Position numbers and translations under genes: made by a program. Positions 11,031 to 23,514 of a stretch of 64,000 nucleotides of DNA are shown one piece after another. Under the pieces are notes generated by a model, which was not told the origin of the DNA, made no database searches, and was given only the letters and a program-made list of their open reading frames with translations. The DNA is from Phoronis australis (Eukaryota; Animalia; Phoronida). Within the stretch, counting starts at the first letter, position 1. Each line of letters starts with the position of its first letter. Where the stretch lies: the NCBI GenBank assembly GCA_002633005.1, contig NMRA01000081.1:437625-501624 (forward strand), written 5' to 3'.

Positions 11031-12451
11031 GTATTGAGCTAAACGCGTATGTGTAAAAAGTAAAATTTTCTTAAAGACCCTCTTAGTCTTAATTAGGTCA
11101 AGCCAACGTCACAAGTTTTAAACTGAAATTATTCAAGTTAGCTGCAATAAATCTTTCAATTAGTTCATTGAACTCTATGCAATCAATGATTTTACAGTAG
11201 TTCATGAGAAACGCCAACAGGGGCCAGGTATTAAAAAAAGCAAAATAAAGGGCTCCAGCCCAAAATGTAAACCAAAACAAAAGATGGCACTGCATGGGGC
11301 TTCAAAGAATGAAAACACGCTGACGCTTGAGCTGAAATAATCCAGTTGTACATGTGTAAGTGGTCATTAAAGTTTAGAAAGCCAATACGAAAAAAAATCC
11401 AAAACACTTAGTGTAAAAATTAAAATGAAGTCGAAAATGAGGTTTTTCAGTTCTTGTTCACAAAATAAATTCTCCTGCATTACTTTTTTCACTACAGAAA
11501 TTACTCTATATACAAAAAATAACAAACAATACCAAGAAATTGTGGAACAGAAAAAAATTAACGTATCGCAACAAAATTAACACATTTGCGAAAATGTGAC
11601 CACTGCTGAACAAAATATGGTGTTGCAAAAATAAATTTCACATGTCAGGAAGACGTGGCCACTGAGGAGCATATGACCACAAAAATGATAACAACATTCA
11701 CGTGAAGCAAGATGACTGAGCAAGAGGGTGAACATCTGAGTGTGTCTTGGAGGTCCTGTGTCCACAATATTCAGTCAGCCACATTACAACAGGGTGGGGG
11801 GGTCGCATCCCCCATGATGGTCACGTGCTCCCAGTGTGGTTAAATTCTTACTAGAACATGATTTGTTCTGACATGGTACTAAATATTTCTGATAAGCTGT
11901 TTATGTATGATTTTTGTACAGAAAGTTCTGGTGCTTGTTTTAGTCTAATATGAATTGAAAATGGTGGTTTTTGTATCATTCTTTTTAGGTCTTATGCTGC
12001 GACAATAATGTTTTGTACTTTATTCAATTCTTGTATAGAAAAAGGTAGTTTGGATTTTTTCTTGAATTAAGGGCTCCAGGTGCACTCAACCTGCCTCCCT
12101 CACCAAACTTGTTATGTTTATTCGAAGTCATCTTCAAGTTGATAGTCTTAATCCATTTGCTTAATTGTTGGCGCGAGTTCAGCAGCTTTATTCAACAATT
12201 GATTTTTTGCAATTTGCAGTCCGTGAAATTCATGTCACCCAGGTCCCCTGTTGGCTGGAATTGCAGTATCTCTGCGCTCATTAGTTAGCTTCAATCTTCT
12301 TTGGGTGACTGGTATTCCTCAACCCATTGTGATGTGGCATGGTGCTATGCCAGTCTTGTTGTCATTTCATCAAACGTTCAGTTTACTATTAGCGTCTTGA
12401 TGTGCAAAACCAATTTTAGTGCATTACGCCAAGTATTTTCTTTCTTTTCAG

Positions 12452-12567
12452 CCACATCCCGACCATCCTCGGGCCAAGTACAAGAGATGTTCTCGTGCAA
12501 TAAGTGTGATAAAATGTACACGACAGCTCAAGACTTGGACATTCACAAAATGTACTGTTATGCATAA
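12452..12567 (+). CDS. CCDC157: CCDC157-like terminal exon with CCHC zinc finger (CNKC-x12-H-x3-C)
   Basis: Strong acceptor ttttctttcttttcag in phase 1; ends YCYA-TAA. Confidence 0.78.
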
Positions 12568-12794
12568 CGTTTCGTTAGCCACAAGACTCTTGAGGAACAC
12601 TTTCTTCTTGGCGAAGTTCGAGGAAATCTCCATACAATGTAGAAGATACCTGTAACTTCTCACATGAGAAAAGATTTAACATTGCATGTGTGCTTAAGAA
12701 TTTTTCAAATTTTTGTAAAAAAATATTCAAAATGAACTTTTTGCGTCTTTAGTTTAAAGCTTTAAAATGAAATGCCTATGGTGATTCTTCACCT

Positions 12795-13661
12795 CCTTAC
12801 CCTGCAGTACGTTGTATCAGGGGGTATTTGCCTGATTTCTTACCCGTTGGATCAGGAGGTACTTGTTCAATTCCTTACCCTGCAGTGCGTTGGATCAGGG
12901 AGTACTTGCCTGATTCCTTACCGCACAGTATGTTGGATCAGGAGGGTACTTGTCCGATTCCTTCGCACCGCAGTATGTTGGATCAGGGGGTACTTGCCTG
13001 ATTCCTTACCCTGCAGTGTGTTGTATCAGAGGGTACTTGTCTGATTCCTTACCCGCAGTATGTTGGATCAGGGGGTACTTGCCTGATTCCTTACTCGTTA
13101 GATTAGGGGGTACATGCCTGATTCCTTACCACACAGTATGTTGGATCATAGGGTAATTGCTTGATTCCTTACAATTTGTATCAGGAGGTACTTGTCCGAT
13201 TCCTTACCCTGCAGTGCGTTGGATCAGGGGGTACTTGCCTGATTCCTTACCACACAGTATGTTGGATCAGGAGGGTACTTGTCCAATTCCTTACCCTGCA
13301 GTGCGTTAGATCAGAGGGTACTTGTCTGATTCCTTACCCGCAGTATGTTGGATCAGGGGGTACTTGCCTGATTCCTTTCTCATTAGATTAGGGGGGTACA
13401 TGGCTGATTCCTTACCACACAGTATGTGGGATAAGAGGGTACTTGCCTGATTCCTTACCCTTTGGATCAGGAGGTACTTGTCCGATTCCTTACCTTGCAG
13501 TGCGTTGGATCAGGGGGTACTTGGCTGATTCCTTACCACACAATATGTTGAATCAGGGAGTACTTGCCTGATTCTTTACCGCACAGTATGTTGGATCAGG
13601 AGGGTACTTGTCTGATTCCTTACCGCACAGTATGTTGGATCAGGGGGTACTTGCCTGATTC
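12795..13661 (+). repeat. ~43-bp minisatellite, about 20 diverged units (CCTTACCCTGCAGTRYGTTGGATCAGGGGGTACTTGCCTGATT)
   Basis: Directly visible tandem units with variant blocks. Confidence 0.95.
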
Positions 13662-16600
13662 TACAAAACTAAGCTCTAAACAACTACCACTTCAATGATT
13701 GCTTTTTCATCTTAAACTACTGAATTGAAGTAACATTTTATAAATTGATAATATTTTTGTTTCTTGTAGTAAGGTAGATAATATCTAAAACATGAAAAAA
13801 ACAAGCTTAGAAATTGTCTTTGTGGAAAATAACTAAAAATTCCTCTACACCTTTAGCTTCTGGAGTGTAGATCTTTTAAAAGCTAGGTCTTCAGAGCCCT
13901 GAAACTGATGCTTAAAAACGTCTTTGTTGTTCTGTTTGCTATTTTGATATTTTTGTGAACTAGAGAACCTAAGCAACTGAGCCAAAAACCCTGGGTGTTA
14001 CTGGCATTCATGAGGTATTTTCAGACATACTGCTTTGGTCCGTTTATCCTAAAAACTAACTCCCTAACTCCCAGGCAGTGCAATGTTGGTGAGGGAGTAG
14101 ATTTTGTGTGCAAAATATTTCAATAGCATACATGCGTTCTGGGCTTGGATATAGGCCCACCTCCTGCCCTCACTTTTGGGTTATTGTACCTATAGCCAAC
14201 TTGCTGCTGTGCCTTTTTTCTGTGTAGAAGCCTACATGCTCGGGTTTAGCCCAACCTCCCTCACCTCTCAGTTCCTATCAAATGAACATCTCAATGGGGT
14301 ACCCTGTTGCTAGGGAGGCATGTTTTTGTGGAATCAAGCCCATTGGCCAATACTTGAATGTCCAATATAAGCCCAGCTGGGTCCACATTTCAATCTCAAA
14401 TACCAAAGCTCTGTTCAACCGTTAGTTCCAGGATGTTTGATGTGGATTGAACTGCTGAATTGACATATTTGTACCTTGTAAAATATTTATTTACAGAATT
14501 GGTTTAACCAATGAGCTATACCAGGTATAGCTGATTGGTTTAACCATACCAGTGTATTTATTTATATAATAAACGATATTTTGCTGATAATTGTTTTTTT
14601 TTTGTATTTCTCTGTTGTATGGTTGCTTTGTTTCAATGCGAACACAACAGCAACTAGGCAATGAACGCTTCGTGAATTTGAGGTATTCCAAAATGACGTT
14701 CTGTTTCCGGCGGCATAATTAATAGTTTGGTAAACAACTTCGCTTGAATACAATAGCGATTTTACCCCGCATTGACTTCAATAGGTTTGACACGTCTATT
14801 GCAGCATTTATCGAGCGTTGTCGCTACGCACTAGTACGCGTGGTTATTTCATGTTCATAACAACCGCTCATCTGAAAAAGCACGTGCATGTTTGATTGAT
14901 GGGATGCTCATTGTTCTAAGCTGAGTATTATTTTGAACAGTGATGTACAAGCGTAATTTTTACAATTTATCTGTTTGTCGCGCTTAACCACTTCTGGCGA
15001 TTATCGAAACCTGAAAGTCCATTCTGTATTTGGGGATTACAGGAATTTTATGAAACACGTTGTACTGTGCAAATAGACCGCTTTGCTTTGCGTGGGAACA
15101 TAAAGCGGCTATATGAAACCTGCCTTCCATCACAAAAAATAATTTTTGGTTCCAATTGCCGATATGGCATCGGTTTGAATTGCTCCTTAGCCAACTTCGT
15201 GGTGATTTCAGGGCTTCTGAAGTACTGGCAGTTTTTTCTTGGTTGAAAACGTGCTCTTCAAGTTGCCTTATCAGATGGTGTCATCTTATACGGCGAGCAT
15301 AGTCTTCAGGAATAACGAACTCTCAGTTCTGTGCAAACATAGAAATCACGCCTCATCCGAGTCTAGAAGAAAACAATTTAGACCAATTTTGTAACAGTGA
15401 ATGTACTAAAAAAATGTTCGCTTTTGCCGGAAAAAACACGGGTTTATGGCTGGTGTAGAATATTTGACTTTTCTTAGAAAAGAATTCAGTTAATTCTTAG
15501 GCCAGCCATGTTCTGAAGCAGGCCTAAGGATACACTTAGTTTACAAAAAACGGGGAATTTATGAAAATCTCAAGGCGTCCGGCAGTGGAAAAGATTTGGA
15601 AAAAAATACCTCTGCCCAAGACTGGGTGGTGATATGTGGGACTCCCACGAATGTCAAGAGGAGTTCATCTCCCTACGATTGAAGATGTCGTCTATTAAAT
15701 GGTATACTTTACATATCATCTCATGGGACCTTGGTGATGGTTAAATTTGCTACATTGATATCCTTGATTGAGTTCTTTCAACATTTTAGGTTACGTATTT
15801 AGTTCGTTGCAAAGTGCATGGCAATCGTAATACCCTGAGAAAAAAGGAAACACGAGTTACATGGGTGGATTTGGGTGTGAGGCTTCCTCTCTGATCATGG
15901 CTTCACTGTGGTGGCCGTTTTAGGATTATCGCCAACCCCCGCCCCCTTGGACATTGTGGTCGAGTTCCCACATCACGATAAACTATGTTAGATCCGCTAG
16001 ATTACCAAATTTTAATCTTAATTTTTTTCTTTCATAATCTTGAAATGTTGGTAGATTTAATTAAGACCTGTACCTCCCTGTTGTCGATGCGTGTCTCAAC
16101 TATGCTAACCATCTAACATATTTTGTTAGTTTGAGTCTTCAGTATTTATCAACAGGGAGTTAATTATGAGCTCAATTACCAACTGTTGTCCCAGGTTAAT
16201 GTTGTCTCTATTAGTAATTAATTATCACACGCTTTGATCCATTGTTTGTTCATCGATTTTAACTTAATCCTGCCTGCGACTGCTCGTGAGCACGCAAGGG
16301 CTTTTGTGAAAGCTTGCAATTTGCCCCAGGGCCGGCAAGGAGATTGCTCTTTTTATGACCCAGTATTATTTGTTTTGAAGCACATGTAATGATGTTTACG
16401 TGTCCTAATGATAAAAATATTCAAAACACTTACTTGGTTTGACTACCTAATACTAACAAAGAAAGTAAAGAGAAATAAACTAATTAGCCAAAAATATATT
16501 AGTTTTTGAAATAAGGGCGTTTAAAGGCTAAATAACAAAATTTTTATTAAAGTTAGACATTTTGAAAGTTACCGTAAATTTCCAGAAATGAGTCCTCCCT

Positions 16601-17449
16601 AGCACATGCTCTCTGTGAAATTGGTAAACACAACCTCAGAATTGAATAAGTAAAAAATCTGTTGTAAGACGAAAATTGTGTTCAACTTGCAGCGATACAA
16701 ACTAAACACTGTTTATTGTAAAATGTTGACAATTCGTAAGACGGATTACACCGGACATTTGTTCGTCGGGATGTAGTGACTAGTTGATGATGATACGAAT
16801 AGAGTGTCAAAAACAACGGGCAAAATATCACTTCACTCCCATGCCCAAGTGGTCTAGTCCGCGCCCCTGAAAGAGGTATTTTCTATCACTCTTCAATAAA
16901 AGTATACCGATGTATATGCTTTTCGCAACTATGAATGGACGGGAGATTGCTAATTGTTGATTTTACCACACTTTTGACGTTATGGACGTCTAGACGCATT
17001 GTTACAGCCAGCGAGGAAATCGGCAATAATCAATGACATAATCTCTTCCTGATGACATGTAAAACGTCGATTTTACCGGCGATAATCTGCGATATATATA
17101 AGTATATTTCTCTTGTGAAACGACGGCCCATCTCGGCTTACGAAGTCGGGACGATCAGAATAACGTTAAAAATATTTTCATAAGTTCAGAAAAGTGGACT
17201 CAATTTACAAAAATTCATTTATGTTGTGACGTAGCAACCACGTTCTTTAAACGAAAATATTCCGAATAGATTTAGGACGGGGGTTTTAGGGAGGCATGTA
17301 ACTAGTTTGCAAAATGCATAAAACATTGCTGGTGTATAGGCTGCAAACGATCACAACGATATTCCTAGTGAAGCCACACCATGTAAAAATAGATATATAA
17401 ACTAATTGTTGTTTGGTTCACGATAACAACGTCCAACGCAATTCAAATG

Positions 17450-19008
17450 AGAACAAAGGTGTTTAACAAATGACTGTCGTTTGTCAAACCAGTACCTGTA
17501 ACTTTTCTTTGATAGATGCAAAACGGAACCTAGAGATTTTATTGACAACCTGTGCAAAGATAGCTGTAAAATCAATAAAGTCCGGGAGTAGCTCATAATT
17601 AGCTATCTAGTACGCACTTAAACAAGTTGCAAAGCGTTGCACCCATTATGTATACCCTTTGATGTGTACAGCAGCACCAGTTTCACATGTTTTTCGTAAC
17701 GATTTTTACGTGTGTTTTTACTTTAAAGCATCCAACCCGCATTGTCATACTATTGTCTATTTCTCCGACGTCCTTTATGGGGTAAACACGCAATACTTAA
17801 TGAGTTTTTTAAATGTCACATTAGCTCTTAGGATAAATGATAAAACCGAGCTGCAGACAAGTGGTGATGAATTATCGTCAGCTCTCCAAGGAAGAAACGT
17901 GTGCTTATAGTATGAGAACGTCTAGCATAGTGTAAAACAAAAAACCTGGAAATGATATTTTTAAAATTTTAAATGCTTTAAATACATAATTCACAAAATA
18001 GCGGAGCTTAACCTCAATCACCGCCGTTTGCTTTATGAGCTTTGTCTTAAAACGTGTTTCCTAATTATGCAACCAATGTTTTGTGAAAGAAAATGACAAA
18101 ATTAAGACTGCTTGGAGTTAAGAAAAAAAAGTATCCGTCTTCTTACTGGATAAAAATTAGGATGATGAAAAACTTATATTCCATTTTCATCAAAGAAAAT
18201 ACGAATTTGAGTAGAAGTCAATTAATTTAATTTTTACGTCACACGTTCCTTGAACGACATTCAGTCACGGTGAACTTCAACTCCAGCTACTGATGCATGT
18301 AACATGGAATTTGATTGTAGTGTCATCTGGTGGCCAATTAGTGAACTGCTTTTACGCGTGAATTTTACAAGCGCAACGTTTAGGACCTCCTACCATGTCC
18401 TAGTCAATAGACAACATAATAATACATTTACATGAACTGACTGATCAATAATCATCGATTATCAGTTATTCACCGTCACACATTAAAAGCTCTAATTTGA
18501 ATAGAGTCATGTGATTTTATTGGGTATAAGTCTTTGATCTTTTGTATCCAGATAATTGTCATACAAAATGCGCATTTTGTGAATACACTCAAACACAGCA
18601 GCCACAATGCCAGAACATATGGACAGTGCATTGTCTGCGAGCCCTGCTGCACTCCTATAGAAACAGAAGTAGAAATCGATTTTTGATGGACGTTTGGTCT
18701 CAACAGGTTTACACCGATACTCATGGTCTCTCAGGGGATTCCGGACATTTTCTTGCAAGTTTGCGCTTCATTTCATTCAAAATCATGATTATTTTCTCTC
18801 TTAAAGGCTACATTGTTGATACAGCTATAAATTATACATTTCGTGGGCGGGGAACTCCCTGCACCACGTGACCTAGATGTAAACTCTTTGATGTCTACCG
18901 CCAGTCGAGCCAGTTTAAACGTGGAACCGTGAGGAGTTGGTATTGTCGGGAAAACACCTTGGAAATCTGCCGAAATATGCCTCGTACACCGAAGGAGTAT
19001 GTAACAAG
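17450..19008 (+). promoter_or_regulatory. Putative ZNRF3-like promoter/5'UTR with TCF/LEF motifs, GC box, E-box and uORFs
   Basis: CTTTGAT at 17507, 17657, 18532, 18886; ATCAAAG at 18189; GGGCGGGG at 18845; CACGTG at 18865; CpG-richer than flanks. Confidence 0.5.
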
Positions 19009-19203
19009 ATGACAAAAATAGGATTGTTTTTGCTGATATACGCAATGTGTGTACTTGCCAAAGAAAAAGCAAATCTGGATATCGTTGTTTACGAGCCCGC
19101 CTCGGACGCGGATGGGGGATGGCACAATACTTACACCACCAATCTCAATGGTAACTTCTCAGTAGCAGGCAAGGCCCTCCCTGCCGAGGGACCTCTGCTC
19201 CAG
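19009..19203 (+). CDS. ZNRF3: ZNRF3-like exon 1: signal peptide and start of PA ectodomain
   Basis: MTKIGLFLLIYAMCVLA hydrophobic leader; donor CAG|gtaagt. Confidence 0.9.
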
Positions 19204-22200
19204 GTAAGTGGTTGCAAAATGATGAAATATGGAGTTATAGAATGGAAAGGAACTTTCATAGGGTAAACTTCTCCAACTTCAGTGTTGGGTGCTACGCATG
19301 TCGCGCAGCGTGATCGCGCACTGGTGTCTTCGTTGTCTAATGTTTTCTGAATGAATCGTCTGTCAAGTGGTCTGTTGCACGACGCCAAATGTCTTTCTAT
19401 GAGGCCAAGTTATCGCGGTTAATGTTATTTCTTCTTATCTGGCGTCTGGGCCTATAGTTTCTCTTCACAATCTTAAAATGAATAACATGCTTGCCATACA
19501 ACCAATGGTTCCAAATGGAATACTGTGACACGTGATTGCGTACGGGTTTCTCCGATTTGCATCAGGTTTGCAGACGCGGTCACTTGTGGCTCCCTACACA
19601 TTTTCAAGAATCAAGGGGTTCAATAGATACGTTCAAACTTCTCATACTGATTTTGTTTCACGTCGCATCTTGCGTTTTTGCGTTGCTGCTGACATGGGAA
19701 ACTGTTATCCCATTCCTTAGACTATTTGCTTTTACCTTTGTCACAAGATTACAATGACTGAGACACTAGACCTTGGCCTTTGCTGCCCTCTGGGCATTCA
19801 GGAGAACATTTTAATTGACGTCTGCTCTTATTCCAACAATGCACCTACATACAAAATGATTTGTATTGTCAGTTTACCAGCATGTGTATTTCATACACAT
19901 CTTCCCTGACTGTGTTTTAACTGCCTCTGGTATGGTGAATGGATGATTAATTGTTTTAGTTTAAGGACCCCATTGAATTGGCTGGCTGAACATGAGGGCC
20001 GTGATACTGGATTGATAACTCCTAAAGGTGACCATTCATAATTCATAGCATATAATGAATTTCAGGAGGTTGGACACCTCTGTTTGCCAGTGGATGCCAC
20101 TTTTTGAGTTATATTTCAGTGTATTGAATTTCGTTAAGTTTTATGGAAATATATGGTATCATTTGTTTTTATTTTACAAATCGTGTGGGTTATAACTGTA
20201 TTAACCATTTAATATAAATCAAATGTCTTAATACTCCAAAGAAATCAAAATTTGTATCAAATCAAAGCTGAACTTCGGGGGTGGGGGGGACGTCCTTACA
20301 TGAGAGAATTTAAGAATGAGGAAATTCCTCACTGAAATGAAATTTGTAAGTTTTTATCTGTTGGTTATACTATTTTTTTCTGTTGGTGGAGAAAATACTT
20401 GACATTCTTGCTTCCTATATGTTTCTGTTTCTGTTTCTGTGGTGACGTCAAAGGGTAGGCACCGGGATAGTCTCTGGCCCTCCTCCTTCCAGTATCGCAC
20501 GCAATGTAAATTTGGAGATGCAACCAAGTTCGTGCTGGTTACACACTCTTAGATCTTTTCCCCTGATACGAGTTTTTGCTGAATCTCTGTATTGCCACCC
20601 TCGCACTTTCTATATGGCTACTTAAAATTCTTAGATGCCTCGATTTTGGGGCCAGATAGCAGCCTCATTTACCTCTAAAAATTATTAACAATCACACAAA
20701 ATTACCCTCCACTGTTTAAAAAATTCCTCAAGGTTAGAATTATTTTAAATGAGACACCCTCACCTTCAAGTAGTTTTAATAACTGTGGAAATCCTCTCAT
20801 TTTACGATCATGCCTTTCCAGTGTTTACAGCCTCGATGTGGAGAACAGAATCTGGATTACTGTAGTTTATCAGAAGTCCCAGGGTGACCATTTAGTGTTA
20901 AGCAAAAAAGTAATTCATGGGAGCCTGAGTTTACAACCTGAAACCCCTACTACTTAGGCTAGTCCAATGCCAGGGGGGGTTCCCCTCACCCGAAAAAAGA
21001 CTCCTCTTTGGAGGCACATACACCTTTCCCCTCAAGTGAGTGAACCTGGGCCCTGACTGCCCTCTTTCCAAAATCATTATTGCAGTATTTTTCTCATCCA
21101 CACATTCTGCCTAAGTGTTCATTCAAATTAATTGCTTAAGTACACTTACCTAAGTTTTCCAAAACCATGTTGCAAACATTCATGCCTGACGCAATGCTAA
21201 TTAGGTCAAAATGAAATCCTGAACAACAAACTGGAATAAATCAAGTTACTGGAAGTGAATCTCTCCATTGAAACAATCAAGAATCTCATTTGGTTCATTG
21301 TCTTGCCACTTGTAATGAGGTATGGTAACTTGCCGTATTAAACAAAACAAAACAAAGGTTCTACCCTAAAACGAACCAAAACAATGGTTTTCAAAAATGG
21401 CACTGCATGGGGCAAGGTGTGGGTAACAAGGTATTGTGGGTGACAACTGTTTGTCAGGTCGTATTTGCTTCAGGTCCTGTTTTTATGAAAGCTCATCAAA
21501 ACATTGATTGTTTAGGTTCACTAAGTAGTAGAATTTGTTTGGTTTTGATTTGATATAAATTTTGGTATCTTGAAAACAAAGCACAGAAAATAAGAAGACT
21601 GAAATCACAGTGGTATTGTATATATAGCAATAATAACTCCCTTTGATTTTTAAATTTCTAAATTTTAATACCCTAGGTATGAACTTTATTGAACATGATA
21701 TGCGATGAAGTTCGTATAAGATTTGTTGTATTATATCTATGGAAAACGAATATCCTGCCATTCCTGTGATTTCTGATTATGGTTGTACTTTTTACCTCAG
21801 CCTATTACCATATTTCTAGCTCTCAAACAAAAAAACAGGTTTGTATAGGACACTTGTATTCTAAGCTGGGTGCGATTATGACATTTCTTTCAAAGCACTT
21901 TTGTTTGACATGATGGGAAAAGTTAAAACGTGTAGTTTGAATTAAAGCTTCACTTGACTCACAAACTTGAACCAACATAAGAGTTTGATGATTTTAAATA
22001 ACACCAAACTTTTTACCAATTGTTGTTCCATGTCAGTCATATGAAATCTAAACTCAAATTATTTTTGCCTTCTTCTTTCAGAAAAAGTACATCCTTAAAC
22101 GGTTTAATTGTATGGTTTGTAGGCATTTGGCTAAAATGCCTGCATTTTGAGAACCAATTTTCTCCACTGAAAAAGGGGCTTCAACTGGTTCTCAAAATGT

Positions 22201-23356
22201 GGCCACGTTATATCTGACTATTGCCGACATGTCATTATGGTCCACGTATCCCTAAGGGATCTTATTTGGTCGAGATTACTAAATGCCTTTCAAAAATAAA
22301 ATTCGTTTGTCAGTAGCAGCCAGAAATGTATAATTGCAATGAGACAACACTTTCGTAAAAGGGAACTGTATTTCATTCTGAATAAATTTTGCATAATTTT
22401 CTATGAGTTTTTGGTTAATTTCACAAATTATTCAACAGCAAAAAGCAAAACTTACATTCTCTAACGAAACTCAAAAAAATCATCTGCTTGAAGCACTTGC
22501 TTCTCCTGACGTATTTGTTGGGGTAAAGTCAGTGTCCTATTTTAGTGTGCAGTCAAGTGGCGTTCTTCAAAATGCCGGAATAAGAAATTTTAGTGTGAAA
22601 TGTCGGGTCACCAGGGATACCTGTTTGAACTGACGCACCACAAAGTGATACCAAGTGGTCGTCATCGTCAGACGAAAATTTGCCGTTGCAAGCAGTCCTT
22701 ATCAACAATTTACACTAGTGTGACTGGCGTGGGCAATGTAGACTCTAGACAGCCAGTTGCCGGCCAAGACTGACAGCTCTGCAAACTTGAAGGGTTGGCT
22801 AGTTATGGACTATAGCTGTATGAAGACTATCATACCGCTGTGTGTTGAGCTCCATTAGACCCCGAATTTCACATCGCCCGTTGGCTACCCGGGTAGAGTT
22901 ATTTGACTTTGAATTTCAAAAAAACCCCGCAAAATTTCAATTTTTTCGAAAAATTTATGGAATGTTGTGAAACTATCAATCAAGATAGAGTTTGGACGGG
23001 CTTTCATTATGCTCGTTACCTCGTCATGAAACTTTCATCAATATGTAGAGCTAACAGACCAGCGAGGGTGCATATAGTCAACCAACACTCACCATGTTTG
23101 TTGCAGCAGTTTAAGTGCAAAGTCTGACATTTGGGAAATATGATGAATTCCAAAATACCATGTCCCAATTCTCAGAATCAAGAAAATTCAAATTTCACTT
23201 GAATTTCAGTATCCCAAATTTTAGAGACTGCCAAACTGGAGAACTTTTACCATAAGTGGAATAATATTGAAACGGGGACTTAGCGGCAGATTGGGTCATA
23301 CAATGAGTTAGAAAAGCTGCACGAATATGTGTTATGAACACCCCTACCATGGAATT

Positions 23357-23514
23357 GTGAATCAACACACATGCTTCTTGTCTCATGTTATGGTAGTGAA
23401 TCAACACACATGCTTCTTGTCTCATGTTATGGTAGTGAATCAACACACATGCTTCTTGTCTCATGTTATGGTAGTGAATCAACACACATGCTTCTTGTCT
23501 CATGTTATGGTAGT
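23357..23514 (+). repeat. 39-bp tandem repeat x4
   Basis: GTGAATCAACACACATGCTTCTTGTCTCATGTTATGGTA identical units. Confidence 0.95.

Larger units (their letters stand above)
451..12567 (+). other. CCDC157: Gene model (5'-truncated): CCDC157-like coiled-coil protein; exons 451-641, 3327-3503, 4108-4276, 5169-5308, 6135-6235, 7393-7486, 10910-11030, 12452-12567
   Basis: All junctions are AG/GT (one GC) with matching phases 0,0,1,0,2,0,1. Heptad coiled coil plus motifs KERLLVEYPD and DMQNQVKANQVRIRVLEEQN resemble vertebrate CCDC157 (ERLLVAFPD...MERQVQSNDIRIRVLQEEN, from memory). Confidence 0.8.

Noticed and set aside
14600-14800. Minus-strand LPSCCCVRI resembling another THAP start
   Set aside because: No ATG, second Cys missing, no downstream THAP motifs or resolvable TIRs
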